A stretch of 64,000 nt of DNA from Gordius albopunctatus (lineage: Eukaryota). Position numbers and translations under genes: made by a program. The notes beneath the pieces are model-generated. The model was not told where the DNA came from. It did no database searches and saw only the letters and a program-made list of their open reading frames with translations. The DNA is taken from positions 8,432,001 through 8,496,000 of the forward strand of contig OZ193909.1 of NCBI GenBank assembly GCA_964276515.1. The letters run 5' to 3'. Shown here piece by piece: positions 27,694 through 45,904 of the stretch; position 1 is the stretch's first letter; every line of letters begins with the position of its first letter.

Positions 27694-29112
27694 CAGTGGC
27701 GTACGCAAGGGGGGGGTTTTAGGGTTCAAACCCCCCCCCGCGGATTTCGAAAAAATATTTTTTATTTTCTAATATAGCATTATATAGTGAATATTATAAA
27801 ATGAGTGCTATTTAATTAACTATGGAGAGCTCTTATTTTCAACAACCATTAAGTATTTTTAGGCGTTAATATATTTTTCCTAAATTTTCCTTGTGGTTAT
27901 AAAACGTATGCATTTCATATGAATTCCTCTATCAATTTGAATAAAAGAAAAGGCGCGATATTTAAATATTGTGTCAAAAAAGTTAATCATGTGGAAAAAG
28001 GATTTGCTAGTGGTAAGATTTTTAAATGATCATAGTTAGATCTTTTTTGAATTAAGAGATTCAATCATCACAACCCTTGAGCAGATTAGTGAATGGGCAG
28101 ACAATTATTCCTCTTCGGGTGCCATGCTATTGGTATCAGCACTTAAAACTGGCCATTTTTGGTTATAATTACACACACTAAAGCAAATAGTTGCTTATAC
28201 TTTAAATCTTAGCATTCATTTGCAAAGCGTTAACCTGGACTTATCACAGGCAATAAATGCGGCCGAAAACGTTGTGGAAGCTATTAAATTAATTAGAAAT
28301 AATTCTCAAGTAGAGTTTTCCAGGATTTTTAAAGATGTCACATTGATGGGAAAATAATATGACTTTGAGATTTCGATTCCCAGAGGAAATGTCCAACAAA
28401 CCCCAGAGGCTTATTATAGAATAACTCTGTATAATGCATTCTTAGACACTTTTTTGGTAGAAATGGACACAAGGTTTCTTGAGAATAAACAAATTCTCAT
28501 GGGATTTCATTCTTTACTACTACAACCACCTGTAAAGCTATCTGAAGTTAAACTGGCGAACTTTTTGCATTTAGCGAATTTTTATGGGGATGATTTGAAT
28601 GGAAATCAAGAAATTTATGAGGCTGAGATTAAACTCTGGTATCAATCTTTTAAAGATTGTAACCCTGAAGTCCTGCCTTTTAATGCACTAAAAGCATTGT
28701 CGGATTATAATTCCAAGCTGCTTCTATATCCAAATATAAGAGTGTTATACCAGATTTTAGCAACACTCCCAGTAACAACGTGTTCTAATGAAAGAAGTTT
28801 TTCTACGCTGAGAAGACTTAAAACTTACTTGAGGAATACAACTGGGCAAGAGAGGTAAATACATTTTATTACAAACTCTTAATTTTATATAGGCTTATAG
28901 GATTTAATTCCAGACACTCAAGATATAATCAATGAATTTTTATCTAAATCGCGCAAATAATTTTTTCCCTACTATTTATTTTATAAAATTATATGATATG
29001 ACGTTTATAATAAATATTTTTTGTGAAAGTGTTTGTATTTAAATAAATTGTAAAATTAATATGATTCTGATTTAAAAACCCTCCCCGCAGAAAAATCCTG
29101 CGTATGCCCCTG
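27694..29112 (+). mobile_element. Second, diverged hAT deletion derivative
   Basis: TIR CAGTGGCGTACGCA / TGCGTATGCCCCTG and perfect TSD CTTGTTGA. ORF 28454-28858 carries the hATC motif TLPVTTCSNERSFSTLRRLKTYLRNT. Confidence 0.92.
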
Positions 29113-29297
29113 CTTGTTGATTTCTGTAGAAAACCCACAAACTTGAGGAGATGATGACTCATCGCTAGAGAGCCATCTATAAAGTCGTTTTTGTATGGTG
29201 TAGATATATGCATTCGTATTTATATATAACTAGCTGTGCCCGGCCAAGCGTTGCTTTGGCTTAGTACTTATTTGGCTAAATAATTGGTACCTAGCAA

Positions 29298-29958
29298 TAG
29301 AGCCCTGCAAAATCAAATTTCTTCTGCCCGAGCCCGGCCCGACTTCTCAATTTTTATTTTTCCCGAGTCCGGCCCGAGCCCGAAAGATATTTTTATTTTT
29401 GGCCCGACCCGAGCCCGAACCAGACCCGATTTTTTAAATAAAATTTTTGAGAAATTTATTTTTGAAAATTATTTCACTATCTTAATACAAAATGCATTAG
29501 ATTGTTATTACACGTATTTACAACTAGGATAAGTTTGAAATAAAATTTTTCATTCGATATAATTTATTCTGTTAATCATTTAAAGCTAAAAATTTAACCT
29601 TATAATACATATTTTAAAACCGTTTGAAATATTTACTGATCTTATTTCTAAAGTTGTAACAGCTACTATAAATCTATTTAAATACTAGAATAAGATTTGC
29701 AATTCAGATCAGTTATATTATAATAGATAAGGGAAAAAGCTAAAGTTTGGAAGCTATATAATGTACGCTGTGCGAAAAATAATTATTTAATATCGAATTT
29801 TATTTAAATCCTATTTTAAAAGAGATTGATTTGTTTTAGTTCAATTCGGGCCGGGTTCGGGCCTTCGGTCGGGCCGCCACATCAGGCCCGACCCGAGCCC
29901 GAGGTCCGATTATATTATAAAACTTTGCCGGGCTTCGGGCGGCCCGTGCAGGGCTCTA
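29298..29958. mobile_element. hAT-type MITE nested in a Helitron
   Basis: TIR TAGAGCCCTGCA / TGCAGGGCTCTA and TSD CCTAGCAA. The empty site is visible in the sister Helitron copy at ~30551-30570. Confidence 0.9.
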
Positions 29959-32846
29959 CCTAGCAATAGGAAATATATGAAAGAATTTGGGTCCGCTGAA
30001 AGAGAGTTTGTGATGTAAAAAAATATATTTTTATATTATGCAAATAAATATTAACTTAATAAAAAAGGCATATTTAATATTAATTGAATAGATTTATAAC
30101 AGTTTTAAATACTTATTAGGTAGCGATGTTTAGCGATAACATGCACAGTTGAGTGACAAAAGTGTTTATAAACCACTATTTTATTTATTTAATTTAAATA
30201 GTTTGTTAAACCCCAACAATTTTGACCGTATACTGTGACATTTTTATTATACTTTTAAATATCTAATTCGAGAAAACTTCAACCTTGTATGTATGACGTC
30301 ATTATTGTATATGATGCTATAAATGAAACTGGCCGGGAAATGTCCGATATTTTTAAAACGAAAGGGTATTTTAGGAATCTGAAAAAGCTATTTTACCCCT
30401 GGCCGCCCTGGGCATCTACGGCTAAATTTTCGCGCCAATCGGGCCGGTAGTTTTAGAATTTAGCCCTTACATACATTAACTTTATATATATAAACTAGCT
30501 GTACCCGGCCAAGCGTTGCTTTGGCTTAGTACTTATTTGGCTAAATAATTGGTACCTATCAATAGAAAATATATGAAAGAATTTGGGTCAGCTGAAAGAG
30601 AGTTTGTGATGTGAAAAAATATATTTTTATATTATGCAAATAAATATTAGCTTAATAAAAAAGCCATATTTATTATTAATCAAATAGATTTATAACAGTT
30701 TTAAATATTATTAGGTAGCGATGTTTAGCGATAACATGCATAGTTGAGTGACATATACAAAAGTCAATGATAATGTTTGACAATGATGATAATGTTTGAC
30801 AATTCAGAGATAAATTTTAGTAATGCGTGTATAGTTAGTTGTGTATCGTCATAGCCTAAAATCTACAGTAATAAAATGAAGAGATAGTAGAAAAACACCT
30901 TAAAATTTGGTTTAATGAATTCGTTTACAATCTATCAAACCCCTGAGTAAACACTCAAAAGTGTTGGAATGGCCCCCTGTCCGAGTGCCTCTTAAAGTCT
31001 CTTATTAATGGCGCTTCGGCAGAGGAACTTCCAGCGCTTAGGAGCTTAGCTCCACGCTCAGGTCACGAATGACCCGAAGCTTTCCCAAGTCGTGACCTCG
31101 GTCTACTATTATCGAACAACGATATCCGAGGCCTAAGATTATGACAAAATAGTTGCTGAAAAAATTTCTTAACTTTGCAATAATTCCCTAAAATCGAATG
31201 GCCATCATGGTCTACACTGTAATAGCAACAAAGCCCGGTATCTTTGACATACCGCGGTTAACAAACTTATAATATCCCCTCTATTCTTGAACTCACAGGC
31301 CTCTGTGAAGATAGCAAACAACCCGTTGGCCAATCTATAGGCGCTTGGGAAAAAGGACTCATTTTAGCATGGGACTATAGATGTACTGACGTATTCGCCC
31401 CATCTTATCACAACAAATATCCCCTGTCCACTCGGAAATTTTCAATTACTCTGAAATTAACAATACTATAATTTTTGGTTCCATTGCGACAACCACCCTA
31501 ATAACCTTTGGCCCCCAAGCCTTACAAATTAAGAAAATAGGGAAAGTTGTAATATAAAAAAACTTCGTAAAAATTGCAAAAAAGCACGAAACGTGGGCAT
31601 GTTTCTGAAAGCGCGCGTTATATTTATTTAAGTAAATGGTGATGTATTACGGTATCTAGAATATTTATTTGTTACAAATTTATATATTGTAAAAACAACG
31701 GGCATATTTGAGTAAAAAATTGAGACAAAAAGTTTAAGGTAATTGGTAGCACCATAACGATAAATAAGTACAAGAAACGTAGTATGAACAATCCGCTAGA
31801 TGGCGGTATAGACTACCAAAAAACATGGTTCCCGCTGTCGCAGGTTGATAAAAAGTATCTATAAACCTTCTACAATGCTAAGGCAATAATCTGGCCAAAT
31901 TTGGTGGCAATCGGTTGAGAACTCTAAAAGTTATTAGCGTTCAAAAAAAGGGACTTAGATTTATATATATATAGACTAACTGTGCCCGGCCAAGCGTTGC
32001 TTTGGCTCAGTCCTTAAGTGGTTAAATAAGTATAACCTATTAATAAGACTTATCTAAAATGTGGTCATATATGAAATAATAATTAAAATAAATAAAATAT
32101 CCATAATATTTATTTAGAGCACGAAATTTATCACGTCATGGATTTTATGAACCCACTATTTTTAGTATATATATAATAAGACAAACCAAATGCGAATTCT
32201 GTTTTAGTCATCAAATCCGACTAAAATTAAATGTTTTTGAAAAAATTGCTGATTAATGCTGTTACTTATTATACGATAATACCATTATTTTATTTTTCTA
32301 GTTAGCTGATTTATGTGAAATACTACAATTTTCTTTAATATAATAAAATAATTAATTGAAGGATGGATAATTATTAAAAATATGCTTCTATGATCGACCA
32401 CGTGATAATAATTTAAATATTATTTATTTAATTTAAATAGTTTGTTAAACCCCAACAATTTTGACCGTATACTGTGACATTTTTATTATACTTTTAAATA
32501 TCTAATTCGAGAAAACTTCAGCCTTGTATGTATGACGTCATTATTGTATATGCTGCTATAAATTAAACTGGCCGGTAAATGTCCGATATTTTTAAAACGA
32601 AAAGGTATTTTAGGAATCTGAAAAAGCTATTTTACCCCTGGTATCCCTGGGCATCTACGGCTAAATTTTCGCGCGAATCGGGCCGGTAGTTTCAGAATTA
32701 AGCCATTTTTTAAAACTAAAAGGCCCATATTTTTAAAACTAAAAGGAATTTTAGGATCCTGAAAAAGCTATTTTACCCCTGGCCGCCCCGGGAACCTACG
32801 GGTAAAGTTTCGCGCGAATCGGGCCGGTAGTTTCAGAATTTAGCCC

Positions 32847-32848
<2 letters not shown>

Positions 32849-32877
<29 letters not shown>

Positions 32878-32995
32878 CATACATACATACATACATACAT
32901 ACATACATACATACATACATACATACATACATACATACATACATACATACATACATACATACATACATACATACATACATACATACATACATACA

Positions 32996-33024
<29 letters not shown>
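32849..33024. repeat. (ACAT)n microsatellite, ~44 perfect units, near a Helitron 5' end
   Basis: Read directly from the sequence. Confidence 0.97.
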
Positions 33025-33029
<5 letters not shown>

Positions 33030-34241
33030 CATACACTTTACTTTATATATATAGATGATAAAATTTTGTTTAAAGTCAATATTACTTCGAACTTCGTAAA
33101 AATGAAAAAAAGCACGAAACGGGGGAATATTTATTAAAGCGCGCTTTATATTTATTTAAGAAAATGGTGATGCTTTAAGGTATCTTGAATGTTTATTTGT
33201 TACAACCTTATATGTTGTAAAATAAACGTGAGTAGGCGAGTAATGAGGAAAAAACGTAAGGTAAAAAGTAGCACCATAACGATAAATAAGTATAAAAACG
33301 TAGTATAAATAATCCGCTAGATGGCGGTATAGACTAGCAAAAAACAGTGTTCCCGTTGTCGTAGGTTGATAAAAAGTATCTATAAACCATCTACAGTGCT
33401 AAGGCAATAATCTGGCCAAATTTGGTAGCAATCGGTTGAGAACTCTAAAAGTTATTAGCGTTCAAAAAAAGAGACTTAGATTTTTATATATATAGATTAG
33501 TTAATATGTTCTTTTCATTTTATTTCTTTGTATAACTTTTGCAGCTTTTGAAAGCACTATCGCCTAAATGTAGAAAACACCCATAAAAGGTTTAGATTAC
33601 TTTTAACATTCAATTCTATTAAAAATTTTGACTGGTCATTTTTATTATAATTAATTTAAAATGAAAAAAATGAAACTATAAATAACTATAAAAATCATAT
33701 GCGAGGTAAACATTAGAAAATTGCGATAGCGTTGAAATGACAAATAATGATTCCGATTTTTTGTTTGATGAAAAATGACTATTTGACTTTAGCAATGTAT
33801 TATATTATTTTTTGCCTTCTAACCATTGGTTATTTACGTTAAAAAAATCCATGGTCTGGCGCGCTAAAGGAAATAAAAACGTTATCATTAATAAAAACAT
33901 GATTTAATAAGCTAATCTTATAGTAATGTAGGCTGTTGCTAGAATCAACAACATTTTACTTTAGAAAATTTTTACTCTCATAATCAATGTACATTATTAT
34001 TGTTTTAATTTGATTTTTATCGGTATCTATATCCCAAAACTCAGCTGTGACATAAATTTTGATAGAGATATCAAAAAAATAATTTTCTAATAAATATCTG
34101 AGATTTATTTTTTTTCTTCCTTTTCCAACTCCAGGTAACCTAAAATGTTGGATAGCTTTGAAATCTTTTTTAATATTAAAATTAGCATATATCATTTACT
34201 TGTTTAAAACAAAATTTATTTAAAATTTACTAGTATTGAAG

Positions 34242-36854
34242 GGAACCCCGCATATTCCCGAAATCGCACAATCCCGAAACTACGATAAGGCTATGGCTAC
34301 GATTTGAAATTACCATATGATATTTTTCAATTCGTTTCATTTTAAAATTTTTTAAATTTGAGCCCCATCTTATTATACCACATAAAAGTATAATTTTTAG
34401 ACATGGATTAATTTATTTATTTATTAGCATTGTCAACCTTAGCTATAACCAAGTTTCAACCACTGAATAGCATCTCACATCACAAGTAACCATATATAAT
34501 AATCATATAAATTGTTGTATTAAGAGAAAATTATTGATAACTTGTTAGCCCTTCAAGAAATAACTGATGCTAATATGTTACACATTAACTAAGGAAAATA
34601 AATTATTTCAAGATTAGAAAATATGAAATCATTAGATGAAGTTGTTGGAATCATTATTTTAAAAATGATATTAATAATGTTGATATTTTTTCTTATCCGC
34701 ATATTGTGAATTATTTACATGTTGAACATTATACAGAGCCTTGCAAAAATATATCAATTAAATTGTTGCTAGTTTTATAACCGCAACTTCTGGTTTTAAA
34801 TCCTTTATTCTTATAAATCAATTTGTACAATTGGGTTATACGATATAAGTCAATAATGTATCAGATAAAGTCTCTCGATATATATAAAAGTATGGAATGG
34901 ACGATGGCCGTGGAGAAATTGCCGTGAGATACATCTGTTAGAATTAGTGCCCTCTACGAGTAATTGGAGGTGTTGGGCAAGGGTGACCGTTTGGTTCTTC
35001 GTTCATGCTACCGCTGGACCAACGTGATCTAGAGATGGAAATAAAATATCCCTCCCGCCCCACACGACTAACGAGTAGAAAACAAACAAATAACTGCTTC
35101 CGCAGGACTAAATAACAATTTAAATAACTGATTCTATCATGGCAAAATGCCCGCTATTTAAACCCTGTCGATGCCCTCCTCATTTGAATGAGGGATGCTT
35201 CCCGACAGTTCGATATACTGCACGTCTCCACTAACTTGAGGCCTGCCATTTGCATATTCGTTTACCGAATATTTTACTCGCACACCCATTACTTTAAGCC
35301 TTATTTCTCTCACTTATTTGGATAAGCGTAAAGGCATCTACAACAGCTAGTACTAATCTTATTGCTTTTATTACATGTTTTATTGTTCATATTTTTATAT
35401 AATTACATATAGTATCTAAAAATTCATAAAAATCAATTTCATTAATTTTATAAAGAGTTTGTAGGCGTATCACTTATTTAGCCTTTGTTTCCATTTTTCT
35501 TTTAACTTTTCTTGATTTTATATGGGTGTAGAGATATTTTCTATAACCATAACACTTGTTTTTTCATTCAAAGCTAAATTTTATATTTAAAAACTTTTGA
35601 GTTTCTTACTTTGGAGATTTTGTTTTTGTATACAATTTTGGGAATGTTCTGATGTTATCATAAAATTATTATATCTAAGGAATCTCTTCCTGGGCATTTA
35701 CATATACTGTAGTGCCTGCACTTATAGTATACTTGTCCCATCTTACCTGCTCTGATCTTGATATAGTCAAACTTTTTGAAAGTGACTATATTATTTTTTC
35801 TATTAGATTTTTAAAACATATTATCGTATTCGTAAGATGGAGAATACGATTATAAATATAAAGGTTTGAAGGAAGGGGAATCATCAGGATAAGTGAATAT
35901 ACCCCCGGTAGGGATAGTACTAATTTTACTAAACCTTACATGTCAGTTTCATTCAGTTTATTAATTATAAAACCAAGAAGGAAAATTATAATAATTAATC
36001 GAATCGCGTTATCAAATTCAATGACGCGTGCAATAATAATATCGGAGGAAAAATAACAAATACGTATAAGCGCGTCGGGGGGGGGGGTAACACGCGTAAA
36101 TAAAATCAAATGTAAAGGACAAGTACCGCTTTAAAATCAGTACACAGATGTTACAATCAAACTAACTTTGTGTTAGGGGAAACGGGGGGAAGAAAAAGTA
36201 ACACACGTACCACGTACTGAAATTAATTAGAAAGTGAGAGACGTGTAGTGGCGGCGTCCCTTTGTATAAAAGACCATGGGGGGAGGGATTATACTCGTAT
36301 CAGGATACGATACCTATAACAATATGTGTATACTTGCATAATAAACCTTACTTATATTCTCTTTGATATCTTGATTTGCAATAGTTGAAGATGTCATATA
36401 TGTCATATATGGATTCTTTAAAGACGAGCAACCAGAGACGAGACATATATGGAGTCTTTGAAGACTATCAACAAGAGGCGCGGGGTAATTACCAGGTGCT
36501 GTAAGATAGTAAGCGATAGACAAAGGAAATCCTAGAAAGAAGAGTAACGTAAAGTACGCAAGAGTGAATAACAACTGGTGAAGAGAATAACAACTGGCGC
36601 AAGACCCCCAGAAGGGGAGATTATTATCCGGAACAAAGAGCTCACATCGTCGAAAATTCATCATGATAATTAATTAATTGTCCTGGGAATAAACCGATTT
36701 TGTCATTTACTGGGAATAAAACACATATATAAAAACTGGTGATAATCTCGGACTTAATAGAAGAGTTTTCCAAATTTTCCATATGTTGAAATTGGCGGAA
36801 AAACGTAGTTTCGAAATTCGGGATTCTGCGTTTTCGGGATTATGCGGGGGAACC
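34242..36854 (-). mobile_element. Mutator-like (MULE) element, defective
   Basis: Imperfect ~45-bp TIRs (CCCCGCATA.TCCCGAAA.CGCA.AATCCCGAA..CTACG) and a 9-bp TSD GTATTGAAG / GGATTGAAT (7/9). Minus-strand FLYWCH/WRKY-like remnant KSNRKNNIVTFKKFDYIKIRAGKMGQVYYKCRHYSICKCPGR at ~35680-35812. Confidence 0.65.
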
Positions 36855-37500
36855 GGATTGAATATACCCGGAAAAAAATCAATCCGTTATATAAACTAGG
36901 AGGTTTATTGATGATCTCGTGGTGATGCTCACAAGGGGACCGAAATATGAGGCGCTTCCCTCCCACCTTTTATATTCAATTCCACGAGACCATTAATAAT
37001 ACCCCCCTACTTTAACTAGTATTTATTCACTTTAATATTGTGATCACTTATTTGACCATTTTATACGGGTAGCATAAATATTAAAGTAAATAGGCCTGCA
37101 GATTGAGCCTTGATGCGATAATTTATGACTTATAAGTAAATGCCATTAAAGATGTAATTTAAAATGGGTAATAGTCTTTTGTCGGGGGAAAAATTAAGCA
37201 CTAATAAGCAATTAATTGGTTTCGAGCCGCATAATCATTTTGATAATATTGATTAAGAATATGTATATGTTCAAAAAATTTATTTTTGAGTTGGTTAATG
37301 CACAAATGCAATCTACAAGTTTTTCTGGGCAATTTTAAACATTTTAAAGTAATAATTTACAAATAAAGATGGACATATCTAGAAGGAACATGAAGGAGGA
37401 ATTTTCTAATCTCCACCCTCCTTATCTAAAAATCTTACTTAGTCGGCGAAATTATAGCGAAAATTATAAAATCACATTTCTGTTCTATTCCATTCTAATA

Positions 37501-37634
37501 TCAACTCGCCGAAAACCATCTCGCCGAATTTAATGTCCCCAGGTTAAAAAAGGTCCTCTTATTTTAAATCGTCCCCATTCAACCAATCACAAAATGTCCC
37601 AGGTGAATTCGGCGAGATGTTTTCGGCAAGTTGA
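37501..37634. repeat. Small inverted-repeat (MITE-like) element immediately upstream of GOT1
   Basis: TCAACTCGCCGAAAACCATCTCGCCGAATT pairs with AATTCGGCGAGATGTTTTCGGCAAGTTGA. Confidence 0.7.
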
Positions 37635-37675
37635 CGGGCCACCGAAAATAATTATTAATCACCTGTTTTGCTATC

Positions 37676-42593
<4,918 letters not shown>

Positions 42594-43559
42594 GCTGCTT
42601 TAAGTCCTAAGCATTTGTTAGCTTCGTTTTATAAATATTTAAATGTGTTTATTTTATTTACATTGGCTGTTATACAATTATTTGTGATATCCCTTTCTAA
42701 TCAACGTTTTACTATTATTTTATATTGTTTTGACCACGCTTTTGTTTAAGCTCTTTATATGGGTATTCATAACATTTGTCAATAAAATTTTATGACTTCT
42801 TTTTTGGAAAATATTGAAAAAATTAATTTGCAATAGTGTCGAATGTCTATTACTAAATTTTCATTTTTATGATAGCTGCATGTGTCTAGGTCTTGGAGGT
42901 TTTGTTTTCAAAAATAATATAATTATTATAAATTATAAAATTTGTGAGTTTTTATCTACCCTGATGCCACCATATTCTTGCTATAAAGTATCATTTTGCG
43001 TGCTAGTTGATTTAAATTATTTGCCAGATTTTAGAAATGATATTCACAAATTTTAATAGTCCGACCATAATAGCACTGTAAAATTTGCTATCAACTTTTG
43101 TTATAATATTTTTATGTGAATATTTTTGATAAACAAATTATTAAATTCATGGGGGTCAAAAACCTTTAAAAATGTTAACGTTTTTCCCCCCTCTAATTGA
43201 ACTTTTAAACGTTTTGCCCCCCCCCCAATCCAAAACCTGCCTACGCCCGTGATTTTGACAAGTTCAACAGTAGTAACACCTAATAATATTGTTTGTGGTC
43301 AATAGTTATGCAATCAAGAGTTTGCTCTTAGATTTTGTACTAATTTAAGTTTCACACATAGTGTATTTTTTCAATGACTTGGCATTAAAAATATGCTAAT
43401 TGCGAATCAAAAATTGTGATGACCTGTAATGATCTGAAAAGTCGACATTTAAAAAACGACGACGCTCAATTGAACATTCCTATTGGTTAATATGGCATGA
43501 TAACGAGTTATATGCCATATCACGTGATCTTCCTAGAAGCAAAATTGGTTAGTTTTGGC

Positions 43560-44752
43560 TAGTGATGCAGGAAAAACCGTGAAAAATGGAGTCGAGATCG
43601 AGACGAGAATTTTGATGTCGAGACGAGACGATACGAGATTTTTTCGGCGAGATCTCGACTTTTTTTATCGTTAGATTTTAGTAAATTATTGTGTATTTTA
43701 ATTTGCATGATTTACATTTAAGGTATTAAGTGTAAATCAATATGTATGGAATATATTTGACATTAAAAAAATTCCTGTAAATATTATATTTTTTGCAACA
43801 TTTACCTAAATATGGTTGACCCTTAGGGTATGTGAATAATTTTATAATATCTTTATCACATATTTGAATCCATAACATTATTAAATATTACAAAATTATA
43901 GGCTTAGAATGAGATCTGATTGAATAGTAAATATAAACAAATCATATTTATATTTCGCAGTTACTCATCCTGCATAATGCGGTAATTATAAATTAGTAGT
44001 AAATCAGTTTGAATAATTAAACTAGTTAAGCTAAGGTGGCTAAAGATTTTTGAGCACCCGTTTAACGATTTCAAAAGTACAATAGAGTATTTAATGACAC
44101 CGTAATAGATTAAATCTAAAGCATGAGTTTTCTAGAAGTTTTTAAGCTTCAACTATATTCGATAAATAACTATTTAATGTCTAAGTTAGTTAGAATTGGA
44201 AGATAATTATTTGGAATATAAATTTGATTTTAATTATTTTTGTCATAAATTTAAATACGTGCAATTTAAAGTTTAAAACCTCATTCTTATTCCTATAATA
44301 ATGATGCTTTTATTGTTGTTTCTACTACCCGTTTTTATAGGTGCATCTAGTTATCAACTCTGTAATTCATAATATTATCATTAAAAGTCACTCGCACTTT
44401 GTGGTTTAATTAATTTTCATGTACTTCAAAACTTCAAATTTATTTATAGTTTTTTAGTCTGCACTTTCCATAGAAAATGTTATTTTTTTGAATGAATTCA
44501 TATCTTTATATTGCAATGATATGTCGTGTCGCGCTAAATCTTTAAAAAGTTTGTGTTTTAAAGTTTATAAAAAAATATAAATATTTGCCATTTTAATTTT
44601 TAACACTTATTTAATATTTTTAATAAAACAGGAGAAATTTTTATTCAGTATATATTTTTTTTTTAAAGTCGAGACGAGATCGAGATTTTCATAATCGCTC
44701 CCGAGACAAGATTTTGTTTCAGAGACCGAGACGAGACGAGATCGAAACACTA
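43560..44752. mobile_element. Non-autonomous hAT-type element with (CGAGA)n subterminal repeats
   Basis: TAGTG...CACTA ends, CGAGA arrays at both ends, TSD GTTTTGGC / GTCTTGGC (7/8). Confidence 0.7.
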
Positions 44753-45904
44753 GTCTTGGCACAAAATCATCTATTTTTTTGAAGATATATAAAAATCACG
44801 TGTCATAGTGTTTGTGCCTGAACTCCTCTTAAACGGCTTAACCGATTTTCATGAAACTTTGCATGCATATTCGGTAGGTATGAGAATCGGTTGTTATCTA
44901 TTTTTTAACCTCCCAAATAATAAATCGGTCCAATAATATTGATTTATATGTATTGTCAGTCACCCTATATGTCAATCACCAAAGGCCTTATGACGTCAGC
45001 AATTCAAATGGTATCCCAAATTTGAGCATCAACTTGAACAATAACTGTGAAACCTTCATATACTGGAAAAGTGTGCTATTGAGTAATCATTTAACTTTTT
45101 TTGATAAAATATCTTTCAATACATTTTTAATTTTTAAACAGCATCAAATTAAAAATTAATCATATTTGAAATACCCCAACATTTAGAAACCCTAACATTC
45201 CTTTGGCTTCTTCTGTCATTTACTGGGAAAGTGTACATTCCTTTATCTTCTTCTGTCATTTACTGGAAAAGTGTACTATTGAGTAATCATTTAACTTTTT
45301 TTGATAAAATATATTTTAATACATTTTTAATTTTTAAACAGCATCAAATTAAAAACTAATCAAATTTTAAATACCCCAACATTTAGAAACCCTAACATTC
45401 CTTTGGCTTCTTCTGTCATTTAATGGAAAAGTGTACTATTGAGTAATCATTTAACTTTTTTTTATAAAATATCTTTTAATACATTTTGAATTTTTAAACA
45501 GCATCAAATTAAAAACTAATCATATTTGAAATACCCCAACATTTAGAAACCCTAACATTCCTCTGGCTTCTTCTGTCTATACTAGAAAGTTTTTCAATCC
45601 CAAATTTTTATATTTTTTTTGAAGCTCTCGATTTTTCATGGGTGTAGCCAAGGGGACAGGTAGGAGCGGCCGCCCCTTCTCCTAAATGAGAAAAAAATAT
45701 AAAAAATTAATACAAATAAATTATAATCATATAATTTCTGCCTTTTGCCCCTCCCTAAATTATTTTTAAATGTTTTGCCCTTCCTGGTTTAAATTCTTGA
45801 AGTGACAATGTATTATTAAAATTATCTTTGATTATAAATAGCATTGATAAGCAAAAATTGGGAGTCTCTAACCTTCATAATAAGTGTAGGTGTTATCATT
45901 AAAT

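Larger units (their letters stand above)
29229..33496 (-). mobile_element. Head-to-tail cluster of non-autonomous Helitrons
   Basis: On the minus strand, 3' ends (CCAAAGCAACGCTTGG hairpin + CTAG) occur at ~29229, ~30494 and ~31977 (TTAG variant). 5' ends TCTATATATATA occur at ~33496, ~33055, ~31975 and, degenerate, ~30492. Large internal blocks are duplicated between units. Confidence 0.8.

Noticed and set aside
31200..31520. Possible Pif1 helicase remnant inside the Helitron cluster
   Set aside because: Only a weak CRNGT resemblance with stops; not supportable.
32833..33036. ORFs translating as (MYVC)n
   Set aside because: Artefact of the (ACAT)n microsatellite.
36314..36664. 116-aa minus-strand ORF
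   Set aside because: No recognisable domain or splice context; it lies inside a transposon.
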